Made by a program: the position numbers and the translations under genes
Part shown: piece after piece, positions 5,517 through 15,291 of the stretch
How the letters are laid out: the number at the start of each line of letters is the position of its first letter
Position numbering within the stretch: the stretch's first letter is position 1
Notes under the pieces: generated by a model
What the model was told of the DNA's origin: nothing
The model's database searches: none
The model's input: only the letters and a program-made list of their open reading frames with translations
DNA from: Bacteriovoracaceae bacterium
GTDB taxonomy: Bacteria; Bdellovibrionota; Bacteriovoracia; Bacteriovoracales; Bacteriovoracaceae
Length of the DNA: 15,291 bases
Assembly (NCBI GenBank): GCA_049599895.1
Contig: JBMYPC010000074.1
Coordinates: forward strand, 1 to 15,291
Direction: 5' to 3'

Positions 5517-7802
5517 ATGCTTCGAGCTTTTTCTGCTTCTAAAAAACTATCATTTCTTTTGATCGTTTGTTCGTTAACTTTTAGCGGTTTTACTTTTGCC
5601 CAACCTCAGTTAGGTACTAATCCTCAGAACTATGTTGAAAGAGCCGTCTTTCAAACATTTTGGGAAAAGATTGATCTCAAAGGAAAAAATAAAGATAGCT
5701 TTCTTGGAATGTTTAGCCTTCTTGCTCAAGGAGAATCATCGATTAAGCACGACACCCTAAAGATTATTGATGGTTCTGGTGGAACTAAAATGATTATGTT
5801 CTCCTATGACAAAAGAGATGGAAACCCAGATACGTTCAAACAATTTATTGAAGATGCTAAGATGATGGCCCTTACAGAAACTGAGTACAAAGTCGTAAAA
5901 GACGATCAAAAACAAAAAGCCGAAGATGCTGCCGCAAAAGCAAAAGAAGCAAAAGATAAGCTTGCTGCTGGAGTTGCTGAGTTTAAGGCCAATGCGATCA
6001 CAACCACTCTCCATGTCCCAAAAGCCGAGTTCAATACAATTGATAAGATTAAAACTCATCTTTATTTTAAAGCCGGCGAATTACCAGCTGAATATGGTGA
6101 AGTTATTGATATGAGCGCTTCAGGTTCGTCAATATTCTTGATTACAAGCCAAGAAAGAATTGAAATCATCCAAGACTACCTCACAAGCCTTACAGCCGAT
6201 GCTTTTCGAGTCCACATTATTGTCCGGGCCATTACCGCTGATCAAAATGATATGTTCAGCTTTGATGCAAATCTAAAAGACCTTGGAATTGGTTCGGCCA
6301 TGATGAGCTATGGTGGAACAGCGGCAGCTGAATCTCTGGCAAGCCTAATTTTTGAAACTGATGATTTCACCAGTGCATTAAGTGTTGAGAAGTCAAAAGG
6401 AAATAGTCTAAGAGTTGCTGAACTCTCTGCAACAGTTGACTGCTCTCAAGAAGAGCTAGTTGAAATGAAGAGCACCGAGTTTAGACCTCAAATTTCGATA
6501 ACAGCCGAAGGTGTTCCCGTCTTTCAAGAGACTGAGGCCGGTGAAAAACTTATTATTAAAGACCTCTCAATTACAAACCTTCACGAGTACCAACATCAAA
6601 TCAAATCTAAAAGACAGGCCCTTAAGGAACTCTATTTCGAAGGTGAAGAAGCAAAAGAGCTTCAAAGACTACAGGATGAGGGTGCCCACCCATCAGTTAT
6701 CTATGAAAAGGCGCAAGAGTTAACAGCCAAGTTTGATAAAATTGTTGAAACGGAATATAAGCCTCTTTTTAAGCAACTTGAAATTCGTTTTAAATATGAA
6801 GTTTCATCTGGTTCTCACACGAGTGAAGTTTCTAGTGGAGAAGCTGTCTCTTCAGGGAGAGGTGAATCCTATAACAAAGGTGAAGCTGTTGTTCGTCATG
6901 GTAAAACTGTTTTCCTTGGTGGGTTTCAAAATGAAATCACAAAAGATAGCCAAAGAAGACTTCCGGTCTTAGGAGATATCCCTGTTTTTGGCTTACTTTT
7001 TGGTAGTACAAGTGAACAAGAGTCCAAAAGTGAAATTGCTTTTACAACCAGTGCGGTTATTGAAAGTCATTACACACAGAAATATCTAAGAAGCAGTTTT
7101 GATCTCGCTCGAAACGCTCTTGAAAAAGGAGTCACTGGAGTCCACCATCCCTGGCGTACTCTTGAAAGTCCTACTCAAGAATGGATTGTTTCTCATGAAA
7201 AAGATGATAATGGACAATATATTGGAGCAGGACAAAGAGTAAAAAAGAAGTTTGAAGGAAGTAAACCAGATCGAGTTTTTGCTGGAGAAGCTTTTGTTAA
7301 GGCAGTCATTGCTCCTTTAAAAGAAGGTGGAGTGATTGGAACTTGGCGAGACCTTGATATCGCGATTGGACACCTGGAGACCATGGACACAAGACCAAAG
7401 GGTGAGCTTTTTGAAGAACTCAAAAACCTTCAAGCGGCTAATCGCCTTGAATATCAAGGAGCAAAAAGAGTCGCTCAACATTTCCCAGGAATTGAAAAAA
7501 TCAATATCGAATCAATGGGAACTGATGGGCTCGATTTTATCGAAAGGCTAACTCTTGCTCAGATACAGATTTGGGTCACCACAGGAGTTTATCTTGAACT
7601 CATCGAAGTTCTTGCAAACGCGAGAGAAGAAGGACGTATTGGTGGTGTTTCAAATAAGAAAAAACATCCCCTGGGATATACTCTTGAAAAAGGTGTTCTT
7701 ACTGAATATATGAGAGAGAAAGTTCTTAATCACACTGGTGAGAAAACGATAAAAAAGAAAAGCTCATCTCGTGAAAGCTTTAAGCCACGATGGAAAAAAT
7801 AA
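5517..7802 (+). CDS. Secretin-family (GspD/PilQ-like) outer-membrane protein, divergent
   Basis: GKTVFLGGF...RRLPVLGDIPVFGLLFGSTS...KSEIAF secretin signature. ATG 5517 follows GGAG and starts a signal peptide ending TFA; the ORF track starts at 5472. Confidence 0.85.
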   Translation: MLRAFSASKKLSFLLIVCSLTFSGFTFAQPQLGTNPQNYVERAVFQTFWEKIDLKGKNKDSFLGMFSLLAQGESSIKHDTLKIIDGSGGTKMIMFSYDKRDGNPDTFKQFIEDAKMMALTETEYKVVKDDQKQKAEDAAAKAKEAKDKLAAGVAEFKANAITTTLHVPKAEFNTIDKIKTHLYFKAGELPAEYGEVIDMSASGSSIFLITSQERIEIIQDYLTSLTADAFRVHIIVRAITADQNDMFSFDANLKDLGIGSAMMSYGGTAAAESLASLIFETDDFTSALSVEKSKGNSLRVAELSATVDCSQEELVEMKSTEFRPQISITAEGVPVFQETEAGEKLIIKDLSITNLHEYQHQIKSKRQALKELYFEGEEAKELQRLQDEGAHPSVIYEKAQELTAKFDKIVETEYKPLFKQLEIRFKYEVSSGSHTSEVSSGEAVSSGRGESYNKGEAVVRHGKTVFLGGFQNEITKDSQRRLPVLGDIPVFGLLFGSTSEQESKSEIAFTTSAVIESHYTQKYLRSSFDLARNALEKGVTGVHHPWRTLESPTQEWIVSHEKDDNGQYIGAGQRVKKKFEGSKPDRVFAGEAFVKAVIAPLKEGGVIGTWRDLDIAIGHLETMDTRPKGELFEELKNLQAANRLEYQGAKRVAQHFPGIEKINIESMGTDGLDFIERLTLAQIQIWVTTGVYLELIEVLANAREEGRIGGVSNKKKHPLGYTLEKGVLTEYMREKVLNHTGEKTIKKKSSSRESFKPRWKK

Positions 7803-7808
7803 AAAAAG

Positions 7809-8963
7809 TTAGTTACCTCGAGAAAGAACTTCTTTAACTGAATCTTCTATTGTTGATTCAATTTCAATGCATCTGTTTAATGCACACATTTGAAGTTTTT
7901 CTCTTAGAGATTGATCTTGCATTATCTTTTCAATTTGAACAAACAGCTCGTGATAATGATGAGGTCTATAAATAAGCCCCGTTTTCTCATTCTCAACAAT
8001 TTCTCCAGCACCGCCAAGTCCCGTTGAAACGACAGGTATATTCGCCTTAAATGCTTCAAGAAGAATCCTTCCAAAAGGTTCTTTTTTTAAGGCACTATGA
8101 ACGAGAAGGTCTGTTTCAGAGAAAATCTTTTTAGGAGACTCAAGTCCCATAAATTGAATCAGTTTCGATTTCTTAAGTTTGAAAAGATCTTTATCATATC
8201 CTTCATGTCCACCTGCTGTTTGATAAATCTGTGCCCCATAGATTCGAACCTCTTCAACGCCAAGGTCAATAAGGCCCTTTTCATAAACATTAACCATATG
8301 AATCAAATCATGAATGCCTTTCCAGGGGGCAAGCATGCTTACACTTGAGATGACTTTAATTTCCTTTGTCTCTTTTTTAGTAATTTTCTCACCAACAGGA
8401 TTATAGATACGCTTCACTCCAACTTTTCTCTTAGTCATCTGAACTAATTCTTGAACAACATCATTTGAGTTTCCAATGAAAGTCAGTTTGAAACTTTCAC
8501 CACTGATCAGTTTCCAAATGATCTTAAAGATTCCTGTGTCTATTGGATAATCTCTAAAATGCCATACAAAATGACCTTTAAATGAAAAGAATCTTGCACA
8601 AAGATAAAACGGAAAAGCGATTTTATTTCCATTGCACCAAAGGAGGTCCTGATCTTTAATAATCCTCCTCAACTTAAAGATAAGAAGCCCTAACTGCATT
8701 AAAACAAATAGGGAAAGTGGATTCTTAATCGATCGAGAGATTTGAAAGAGTGATTTTGGATAACTTAAAGTGAGAATTTTAGCATGAGGGATATTGAGTT
8801 TAATAAAGTTTTCGATCTTATCTGTATCACCTTTATCAAGACTTGGAATAAGAAACTTAATTTCTTCTGACGTTCCTTTAAGGCCTAGCTTTATTTGATG
8901 AATAAAACTTCTTTCAGCGCCACCAAGGTAGGGAGAATTCAGTATAAAAAGCCTCTTTTTCAC
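7809..8963 (-). CDS. GT4 family glycosyltransferase
   Basis: N-terminal GGAERS; PWKG; EPFGRILLEA (E-x7-E). Confidence 0.92.
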   Translation of the reverse strand: MKKRLFILNSPYLGGAERSFIHQIKLGLKGTSEEIKFLIPSLDKGDTDKIENFIKLNIPHAKILTLSYPKSLFQISRSIKNPLSLFVLMQLGLLIFKLRRIIKDQDLLWCNGNKIAFPFYLCARFFSFKGHFVWHFRDYPIDTGIFKIIWKLISGESFKLTFIGNSNDVVQELVQMTKRKVGVKRIYNPVGEKITKKETKEIKVISSVSMLAPWKGIHDLIHMVNVYEKGLIDLGVEEVRIYGAQIYQTAGGHEGYDKDLFKLKKSKLIQFMGLESPKKIFSETDLLVHSALKKEPFGRILLEAFKANIPVVSTGLGGAGEIVENEKTGLIYRPHHYHELFVQIEKIMQDQSLREKLQMCALNRCIEIESTIEDSVKEVLSRGN

Positions 8964-10003
8964 CCAATCTCCCTTAAAAGCATTTTAACGAGATCTTTAT
9001 AACGATCAAGGCCATGTTCCTTTTTCACATGATCAAAGGCATTTTTTGATAAATTCTCATATGAGTTCTTGAGAATTTCCCAAGTATGAGAAACAGTGGT
9101 CCTATCAATTGAATCGAGAACAATTCCATTATATTGATCATGAACATTTTCCGAAAGTCCCCCTGATCGAAAAACCACACCTGGAACCCCGTAACAATTA
9201 CCTTCTAATATTGAAAGCCCAAAGCCTTCATAAAAGCCAAGATGCGAATGATCAAGAGAAAGAAGGAGATTTAAATGAGACTCTTTATAAACTTGCTCTC
9301 TTTTTTCATCAGTCATCTCCTCTAACGAATGAATTGTCAGTTTAGAAGACTTACGAGTTGCCGAAAGCGTCAGCTCCACCTCTTTCTCTGATATTTCCTG
9401 AAGAAGTTCACAAAAAGTAATGACGCCATCAATATTTTTGTGAGGGACATCACGAGCAATACAGCAAACTTTAATGACTTCTTTTTCTAGAGTCTTTTTA
9501 TGAAACTCACTATGAGAAGTCTCAATACAATTGGGAAGAATGATATCTCGTGCATAGTTAGGTCTATAACCTAGAGAACATAATTTTTCATAAGTAAATG
9601 CTGAAATAAAAAAGTTATACTTGGCATTCTCAAGATAATCCAGCTGAGGTCTTTTAAGGAGTCTTTTAACGAATTTCTTTAGAGGATTGGGGGATGTGAA
9701 AAGAATTTCTGAGCCATGAATAAAATTAGCGTAAGGAACATCTGTTTTTGAAAGCTTTAAAAAATACCCACCTAAATAATGGACATTAAAAATCATTTGA
9801 AATTCATCTAACTTTGAAGCCTCAATCTTCCTTTCTTTCCAATTAAGGAGCTCGTAATCGATCTCAAGATCCTTAAAGACTTTCTCAAAGTTTAGTGTAT
9901 AGGAAGTTAGTCCACCAAGTTTGGGAAGATAATCAGAGGTAGTCAGAAGGAACTTAGACGAACTCAACAATCTCTCCAACTTTTTTGATTCGTCCTCTCT
10001 CAC
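8960..10003 (-). CDS. GT4 family glycosyltransferase (start uncertain, possibly TTG near 9970)
   Basis: DYLPKLGGL; HGSE; PHKNID; EGFGLSILEG. Confidence 0.9.
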   Translation of the reverse strand: MREDESKKLERLLSSSKFLLTTSDYLPKLGGLTSYTLNFEKVFKDLEIDYELLNWKERKIEASKLDEFQMIFNVHYLGGYFLKLSKTDVPYANFIHGSEILFTSPNPLKKFVKRLLKRPQLDYLENAKYNFFISAFTYEKLCSLGYRPNYARDIILPNCIETSHSEFHKKTLEKEVIKVCCIARDVPHKNIDGVITFCELLQEISEKEVELTLSATRKSSKLTIHSLEEMTDEKREQVYKESHLNLLLSLDHSHLGFYEGFGLSILEGNCYGVPGVVFRSGGLSENVHDQYNGIVLDSIDRTTVSHTWEILKNSYENLSKNAFDHVKKEHGLDRYKDLVKMLLREIG

Positions 10004-11120
10004 CTCTACTCAGAAGATATTCTGATAAAAGCTTCGCAACCGAATGATGAGAAAAGAGTTTTTCACAGTTCTCCCGTGCACCTTGGCGTAAGTTCTCATC
10101 ATCGAGGGAGTTTATCGCTAAACTTATTTTCTCTTCAAAGTCTTTTTGATTACCTTCTTCGAAAATAAACTTTTCAAAACCTACTGCCTTCATCACTTCA
10201 GGGATGGCACCACTACTCGACCCCACAACAAGGCATCCAGAAGAAGCTGCTTCAATTATGACTCTCCCAAACTGTTCTTTCCAAAATTCCCGAGTAAGTG
10301 ATGGTAAAAGAAGTATGTCGATATCCTGATAGAAGAGATGGGCCTGGTCGTGAGGTAAAGTTCCTATAAAATCGATCTTTTCATCTGCCTTTACCAAACT
10401 ATCTAATGGGCCTCCACCAACAATTTTAATGTCATCATTGGGCCCTAGAAGGCTTGAAGTAAGATTCAGTATCATTGAGATACCTTTTTCTTCAGTGAGT
10501 CTTCCAATGTAGCCTAAAGTTATCTTTCCTTGTTTGCCCCTACCTTTCTCTCTAAACTGAAATTTCTTTTCATTATAGGAAAAGGGTAAATAATAACACT
10601 CTTGCTTAAGATTCTTCCAGGCAACGACGTCCTGAGTTTCACTACAGCATCCCATGATCATTTCGACGTCACGATTATTCATTCTTTCGAAATGCCTTAA
10701 GAAATGAAGTTTTGTCTTTTTGATGTTTTGACAAACCCATAGCCAAATTTGGGTCCTCTTATTTTTAGTAAAAAGCTTAACAAAGCTTAAAACAAATAAT
10801 GAAAGACTCCATGTCTCTTGGGTTAAGATAATTTTTCGATATTCTTTTTTTCTTAAGATATTCCATAGCTGAATCGGACAGAAAAAAGTCAAGCTTCCAT
10901 TTCCTCTAAAATAAGTATTCAAAGCATGAACATCACTAAAAGAAGAATCCACTTGTTCATCAAATTGATACTCAAGATTTTTTATAAGATTGGCCTTCCA
11001 AGTCTTGGGACAAATAATATCAACTTCAATACTCTGGTCACTTGCAAGATTTGACCAAACCTCACGATTTGTATTTACAACTAAAGGATGACCAACGACT
11101 AAAACTTTTACTTTTTGCAT
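9954..11120 (-). CDS. GT4 family glycosyltransferase
   Basis: GYIGRLTEEKG; LPSLTREFWKEQFGRVIIEA; SSSGAIPEV. Confidence 0.93.
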   Translation of the reverse strand: MQKVKVLVVGHPLVVNTNREVWSNLASDQSIEVDIICPKTWKANLIKNLEYQFDEQVDSSFSDVHALNTYFRGNGSLTFFCPIQLWNILRKKEYRKIILTQETWSLSLFVLSFVKLFTKNKRTQIWLWVCQNIKKTKLHFLRHFERMNNRDVEMIMGCCSETQDVVAWKNLKQECYYLPFSYNEKKFQFREKGRGKQGKITLGYIGRLTEEKGISMILNLTSSLLGPNDDIKIVGGGPLDSLVKADEKIDFIGTLPHDQAHLFYQDIDILLLPSLTREFWKEQFGRVIIEAASSGCLVVGSSSGAIPEVMKAVGFEKFIFEEGNQKDFEEKISLAINSLDDENLRQGARENCEKLFSHHSVAKLLSEYLLSRGERGRIKKVGEIVEFV

Positions 11121-12292
11121 AATTCGGTATAGCTCTCTTCTAAGTTCTTCGTCATTTTTTCAATGGAAAACTCATTTCTTATCTTTCTCTCTCCAGAAGT
11201 TCTGAGCTCCTCAAAATTATTATTCTGAGAATGCTTTTCAAGAATCTCTTTAAGAATATTCTCTAATTCAACTTCAGCCCCCTCCTGATGAGAATGAAAA
11301 ATAAAGCCCGTTTTTTTAGAATTTAAGACTTCTCTCACTCCGCCAGCAGCTCCTCCAACAACAAGGCATCCTTGAATCATTGCTTCGGCAACAACCAACC
11401 CAAAAGGCTCGGGAGTCGTTGAAGAATGAATAAAGAGGTCTGAAGCTGCAAAATAAAGTGAGAGTTCGTTAGTAAAGGGATGAAATTCAATGATTCCATC
11501 ATCGACAAGATTTTTTGATTCCGATTTTAATTGTTCGAGGTACAGGATATCACTCTCTCGCTTTGCTTCTCCAACAATAATGAGTTTGCATTTTTTCACA
11601 ATCTCTTTATCTTTCTCATAGAGATTATTTAAAGCTCGAATAGTTAGGTGATAACCTTTCCATGAACAAATTCTTCCCGCTGTTATCATAAGATAATCTC
11701 GGCCCTCAATTAATTGTTCACGCAAGCTTAAAATCCGCTGTTCTTCATGCTCCTCAAAGGGAATTCCATAATGAACAATCCTTTCAAACTTATTCGGCTT
11801 TCTTAAATTCAGAAACTGATGATGAAGATTTTTTAAATACTGAGTATTAAAAAAAAGTGCATCAAATGATGTCGCCGTCGCGAGCTTATCTAATGTTCCT
11901 CCAACAGGGCCATGCTGAAACCAAACTTTTGGAATTCCAGTACTTCCCCCCAAACTCATGGCAATTTGGGAATAAGGCATTGTATTGTTAATAACTGTAA
12001 AATCATGTGCTTTAAAAAAAGACATAAGAAATAAACGAAGTTTTCCCAGACTTTTTATTGAAGTTAACTTAAAAGGAAAAGGGAGCACTGAAACTTCAAT
12101 ACCATGCTCTTTTGCAATTTCAACAAATTCACCTGAGTTAAAAAAAAGAATATGAGGTTTATACTCCCCGTATTTGAGGTGGCCAAGACAAGCATTAAGG
12201 ACAAACCTTTCTGCACCACCAAGATATCCATTCGGTGAGACATAAAGTACCCGTCTTTTTCCCTCAGATTTCAATTCATCAGATTGATTCAT
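11108..12292 (-). CDS. GT4 family glycosyltransferase
   Basis: GGAERF; AGRICSWKG; EPFGLVVAEAM. Confidence 0.93.
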   Translation of the reverse strand: MNQSDELKSEGKRRVLYVSPNGYLGGAERFVLNACLGHLKYGEYKPHILFFNSGEFVEIAKEHGIEVSVLPFPFKLTSIKSLGKLRLFLMSFFKAHDFTVINNTMPYSQIAMSLGGSTGIPKVWFQHGPVGGTLDKLATATSFDALFFNTQYLKNLHHQFLNLRKPNKFERIVHYGIPFEEHEEQRILSLREQLIEGRDYLMITAGRICSWKGYHLTIRALNNLYEKDKEIVKKCKLIIVGEAKRESDILYLEQLKSESKNLVDDGIIEFHPFTNELSLYFAASDLFIHSSTTPEPFGLVVAEAMIQGCLVVGGAAGGVREVLNSKKTGFIFHSHQEGAEVELENILKEILEKHSQNNNFEELRTSGERKIRNEFSIEKMTKNLEESYTELCKK

Positions 12293-12350
12293 AGTCTTTA
12301 TTTTAAGTGATTCTTATAACGATGCGAGCTTTTTTCAAGGAAACTTAGAA

Positions 12351-13553
12351 TTATGAGGCCTTTTTATCATTGATGTCCGCATCGTTGAAATTAATAATAA
12401 GGTCATCCTCTGTAAGTCCATCAGCATCATTCAAAAATTCAATGTGAAAATCGTCAATTTGTGAAGATTCGATCACTCGTACATCTTTTTTTCTTAGATA
12501 CTCAAAGAGGCTTTTAGGATTCATCTCAAGGGTATCAGTTCCCTTCCACTGGTTCTTCCCAACATATAGATAAAGACCAATCAAAGAAAAGGAATAGAAG
12601 AAATAACTCGATACCGGAAAGCTCTTAAGAAACGTTAATGGGAGTGCCAGTGCCACACCATGAAAGATGGCCATGACAGTTCCGACATTATTAATTTTAA
12701 TTTTAAATTCATCTCTTAAAAGATGATGAACGTGCAATTTATCACCACTAAAAAGAGAGCGCTTATTATAAAGTCTTCTCAGAAAGCTTATCCCTGTCTC
12801 AACCATATAAATATTTAAAGGCATCACAGACATCACAAATCTGGCCCCCATCGGATAACCTTCAAGGCGATCAAAGATGAGGCAACCAAGAAAAACATTA
12901 GCAAGACCAATAAAACTTCCACCAATTTCACCCATGTGAACAATTGATGGCAACTTATTAAAAAAGTAAAAAGCGCCAAGTCCAGTAGCAAAGCTTATCA
13001 GAACTGGAAAATAACTATAATCTCCAGCCTGATGGAAAAGATAGGCCACCAGCATAAGATTTGAAATCGTCATTTTAATGGTCAGAGTATCAAGACCATC
13101 CAGGAGATTGGCACCATTCATAGTTCCCAGTGACCAAAACATAAGAACAATAAAAGCAAGAACCTGATAAGAGCTAATAATTTCAAAAGACATTGTCACA
13201 GCAAAGAAAGTCACAGCGACAAATTGAAAGATCAGTTTTGCTATCGGGCGAAGCTCATATTTATCGTCAAGATAACCATAGAGAACGACAATGCCCGCAC
13301 TCACCATCCATCTATGAATAATCCAGTTTGAAGATAGATCGTGCTGAAAAAGAAAATAGACAATTCCAGCAAAGACCCCCATCGCATAAGGGAAGCCTCC
13401 TAGTTGAACAGCATTGGTTGTCGATTTACGAGCAGGCACATAGAGAAAGCTTCTTAAAAGTCTATAAGGATTGTCTGCAGCAATTCGGAGCAGCTTATAT
13501 AGACACAAGCTTACTGCAAAAGTTATTAATCCAGGGGTCAAGTTTTCAAACAC
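12351..13553 (-). CDS. wecA: MraY/WecA/TagO-family undecaprenyl-phosphate sugar-1-phosphate transferase
   Basis: Multi-pass membrane protein; LGG, GYLDDK, NGANLLDGLD, HMGEIG, DKLHVHH motifs; GTG start. Confidence 0.88.
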   Translation of the reverse strand: MFENLTPGLITFAVSLCLYKLLRIAADNPYRLLRSFLYVPARKSTTNAVQLGGFPYAMGVFAGIVYFLFQHDLSSNWIIHRWMVSAGIVVLYGYLDDKYELRPIAKLIFQFVAVTFFAVTMSFEIISSYQVLAFIVLMFWSLGTMNGANLLDGLDTLTIKMTISNLMLVAYLFHQAGDYSYFPVLISFATGLGAFYFFNKLPSIVHMGEIGGSFIGLANVFLGCLIFDRLEGYPMGARFVMSVMPLNIYMVETGISFLRRLYNKRSLFSGDKLHVHHLLRDEFKIKINNVGTVMAIFHGVALALPLTFLKSFPVSSYFFYSFSLIGLYLYVGKNQWKGTDTLEMNPKSLFEYLRKKDVRVIESSQIDDFHIEFLNDADGLTEDDLIINFNDADINDKKAS

Positions 13554-13660
13554 TCTTCAACATCCAATTTGATTGTCTAAGTGGCATCACTTACACCTAG
13601 CTATTCGTCAAAATTGGCATATTGATTTAGGGAAACTTCGAAAGAAAACAGATAATTAGA

Positions 13661-14686
13661 TTATTTTGGGCATAATTCTTGGTAATACTTGTAAAGAGTG
13701 GCAGCAATATTCTGCCAAGAATATTTTTTCGTGTATGCTTGAACAGTTTTATCCGTTATGGAGGCCTTTTCATAACCATCCAACTGAGTCATTAACTCCG
13801 ATAAATGATGAGGGTCAATAAAGGTTGCTGCCTCAGGGAACACCTCTTTTGTAGCACCATTTTTAGTAATAAAAATTGGTGTTCGATTCATTATTGATTC
13901 AAGACCCACCAAAGAAAATGTTTCAAATTGACTCGGAATAAGAGTGGCCTTCGCATTATAATAAAGCGAGCTAAGAACCTTCTTATCTTCAATTCTGCCA
14001 AGAAAAAAAATGTTCTCACTCTTAAACTTCATACAAGATTCATAGTACTGAACATCATTCAATCTCTTATCACCGACAACAACAAGATTATGATTTCCCT
14101 TACTGAAAACTTCTAATAGCCCTATAAGATTTTTGACTTCTGAAAACATTCCCACAAAAAGAAAATACTGATCTGGCAAAGTCTGAACCAGTTGATGATT
14201 GGGATCGGAAAAGTTTAAAAGTGAGCTCTCCTTAAAGTCGAATCCATTGGGAAGAACTCTTAATTTATTGGGATCAACATCATAGGCAAGGCAGAGCCTG
14301 TCTTTTTCAAGATTTGTCGTTGGCAGAATGAGATCTGGATATTTCAAGTTGTAATCAAGGCTGCTTTCGAATTGTCCTTTAAAAATATTTTTTTTGAGGA
14401 TGTTTTTCATTTTTTTCTTAAGGAGGTGACGACTTTCAATTCGAGGCCAGTGGGTTGGTGTGACAACGAGAGGTTTTTTTAGGTCTTTAAAATAACTCCA
14501 AAGATGATGATCAATTGTACTAAAGTGATGAATAACATCACATTCATGCACCTTACTCTTAAATGGGTCAAAGAACTCAACATCAACACCTAACTCTCTA
14601 AGATAGAAAGCAAGCTTTTCCATTATAACCTCTCCCCCTCCAGGAGTTTGAAATGCGAGAGTATAAGTATTAAAGAGTACTTTCAT
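13661..14686 (-). CDS. GT4 family glycosyltransferase
   Basis: PGGGEV; FLFVGMFSEVKN; PSQFETFSLVGLES; YSWQNIA. Confidence 0.92.
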   Translation of the reverse strand: MKVLFNTYTLAFQTPGGGEVIMEKLAFYLRELGVDVEFFDPFKSKVHECDVIHHFSTIDHHLWSYFKDLKKPLVVTPTHWPRIESRHLLKKKMKNILKKNIFKGQFESSLDYNLKYPDLILPTTNLEKDRLCLAYDVDPNKLRVLPNGFDFKESSLLNFSDPNHQLVQTLPDQYFLFVGMFSEVKNLIGLLEVFSKGNHNLVVVGDKRLNDVQYYESCMKFKSENIFFLGRIEDKKVLSSLYYNAKATLIPSQFETFSLVGLESIMNRTPIFITKNGATKEVFPEAATFIDPHHLSELMTQLDGYEKASITDKTVQAYTKKYSWQNIAATLYKYYQELCPK

Positions 14687-15291
14687 ATTTTCTCTTTTAT
14701 GATTTGAATGTAATTCTCAAATTCTGCTTTCTTTTTATCATGATAAGAGGCCATTTCACTACGAACTCTTTCGTAATTTTCTTCAAGATAACTTATTTTA
14801 TTATCGAGTAATTTTGAATCTAATTCAAACTCTTCCGCAGAATGGATCCCATCTGAAGCTCGAATTAAAAACTCTGAAAGACCGACGTCTTGCAAAAACC
14901 TTTCACTCTTAAACTGCTGGTCAATACATATTGAAGGAACACCACTTAAAAATAAAATTAATCCAGCATGAAACCTCATTGTTAAACTAAAATGACTCCC
15001 TTTGAAAACATCCATTATTTCTTGATAAGATTCCCCAATAAACAATGTGACATTAGTTTGTTCTTTGTATTTTTGATGAACTTTCCGTGCAAATTTAGCA
15101 TCTCCACTGGTGCCAAATGGCAATAGGGTTACTTTATAGCCAAGTTCAATGAGTTTAGAGATTGCTTCATGGATAAATTTTATAAGAGCAGTATGCTTCA
15201 TTTCAGCATTGGGCCAAATCTCGGGATTGGTGAAAGTCTCATAAAAGTTAAAAACAACGACTTTTTCTGAACCAACCTCATTGATATTATC
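14683..15291 (-). CDS. Polysaccharide pyruvyl transferase family protein (5' end outside window)
   Basis: TMRFHAGLILFLSGVPSICI...K motif; the frame stays open for 30 more codons from 15201 to the window edge. Confidence 0.85.
   Translation of the reverse strand, partial: DNINEVGSEKVVVFNFYETFTNPEIWPNAEMKHTALIKFIHEAISKLIELGYKVTLLPFGTSGDAKFARKVHQKYKEQTNVTLFIGESYQEIMDVFKGSHFSLTMRFHAGLILFLSGVPSICIDQQFKSERFLQDVGLSEFLIRASDGIHSAEEFELDSKLLDNKISYLEENYERVRSEMASYHDKKKAEFENYIQIIKEKI

Noticed and set aside
5517..7802. Secretin as a filamentous phage pIV gene
   Set aside because: No Zot/pI ATPase, coat or replication genes nearby, and it lies outside the att-bounded unit.
5343..13622. TTGGCATAT in two intergenic regions (5343..5351 and 13614..13622) as sigma-54 promoters
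   Set aside because: No TTGC at the -12 position in either; a 9-bp match in AT-rich DNA is weak evidence.
714..14116. Short alternative-frame or antisense ORFs (714, 2887, 3115, 3475, 4436, 5757, 5926, 6511, 6733, 7193, 7336, 8097, 9109, 13328, 13928)
   Set aside because: They overlap well-supported genes and show no recognisable motifs; treated as shadow ORFs.

Overview
AT-rich bacterial window (gene content suggests a Gram-negative, possibly Bdellovibrionota; inference only). It opens with tRNA-Lys(TTT, 5'-truncated) and tRNA-Glu(TTC). A 3,780-bp unit follows, bounded by a perfect 171-bp direct repeat (178..348 = 3958..4128) that starts in the tRNA-Glu 3' acceptor strand. The right copy sits in a near-perfect palindrome (17-bp arms around the 7-bp core TGGGAGT), which looks like a tyrosine-recombinase attP. 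The unit encodes no integrase. It carries an HTH protein and an overlapping operon flanked by its own 25-bp direct repeats: Fic AMPylase, a lipoprotein with thioester-domain-like motifs, a DUF6973/Wnt-like domain (probably split from the lipoprotein by a frameshift) and a small membrane protein. The second repeat copy runs directly into a 5'-truncated beta-lactamase-family serine hydrolase. The rest is a small lipoprotein, a START-domain protein, an orphan secretin of unusual architecture, and a minus-strand glycan cluster (partial polysaccharide pyruvyl transferase, five GT4 glycosyltransferases, a WecA/MraY-family transferase).
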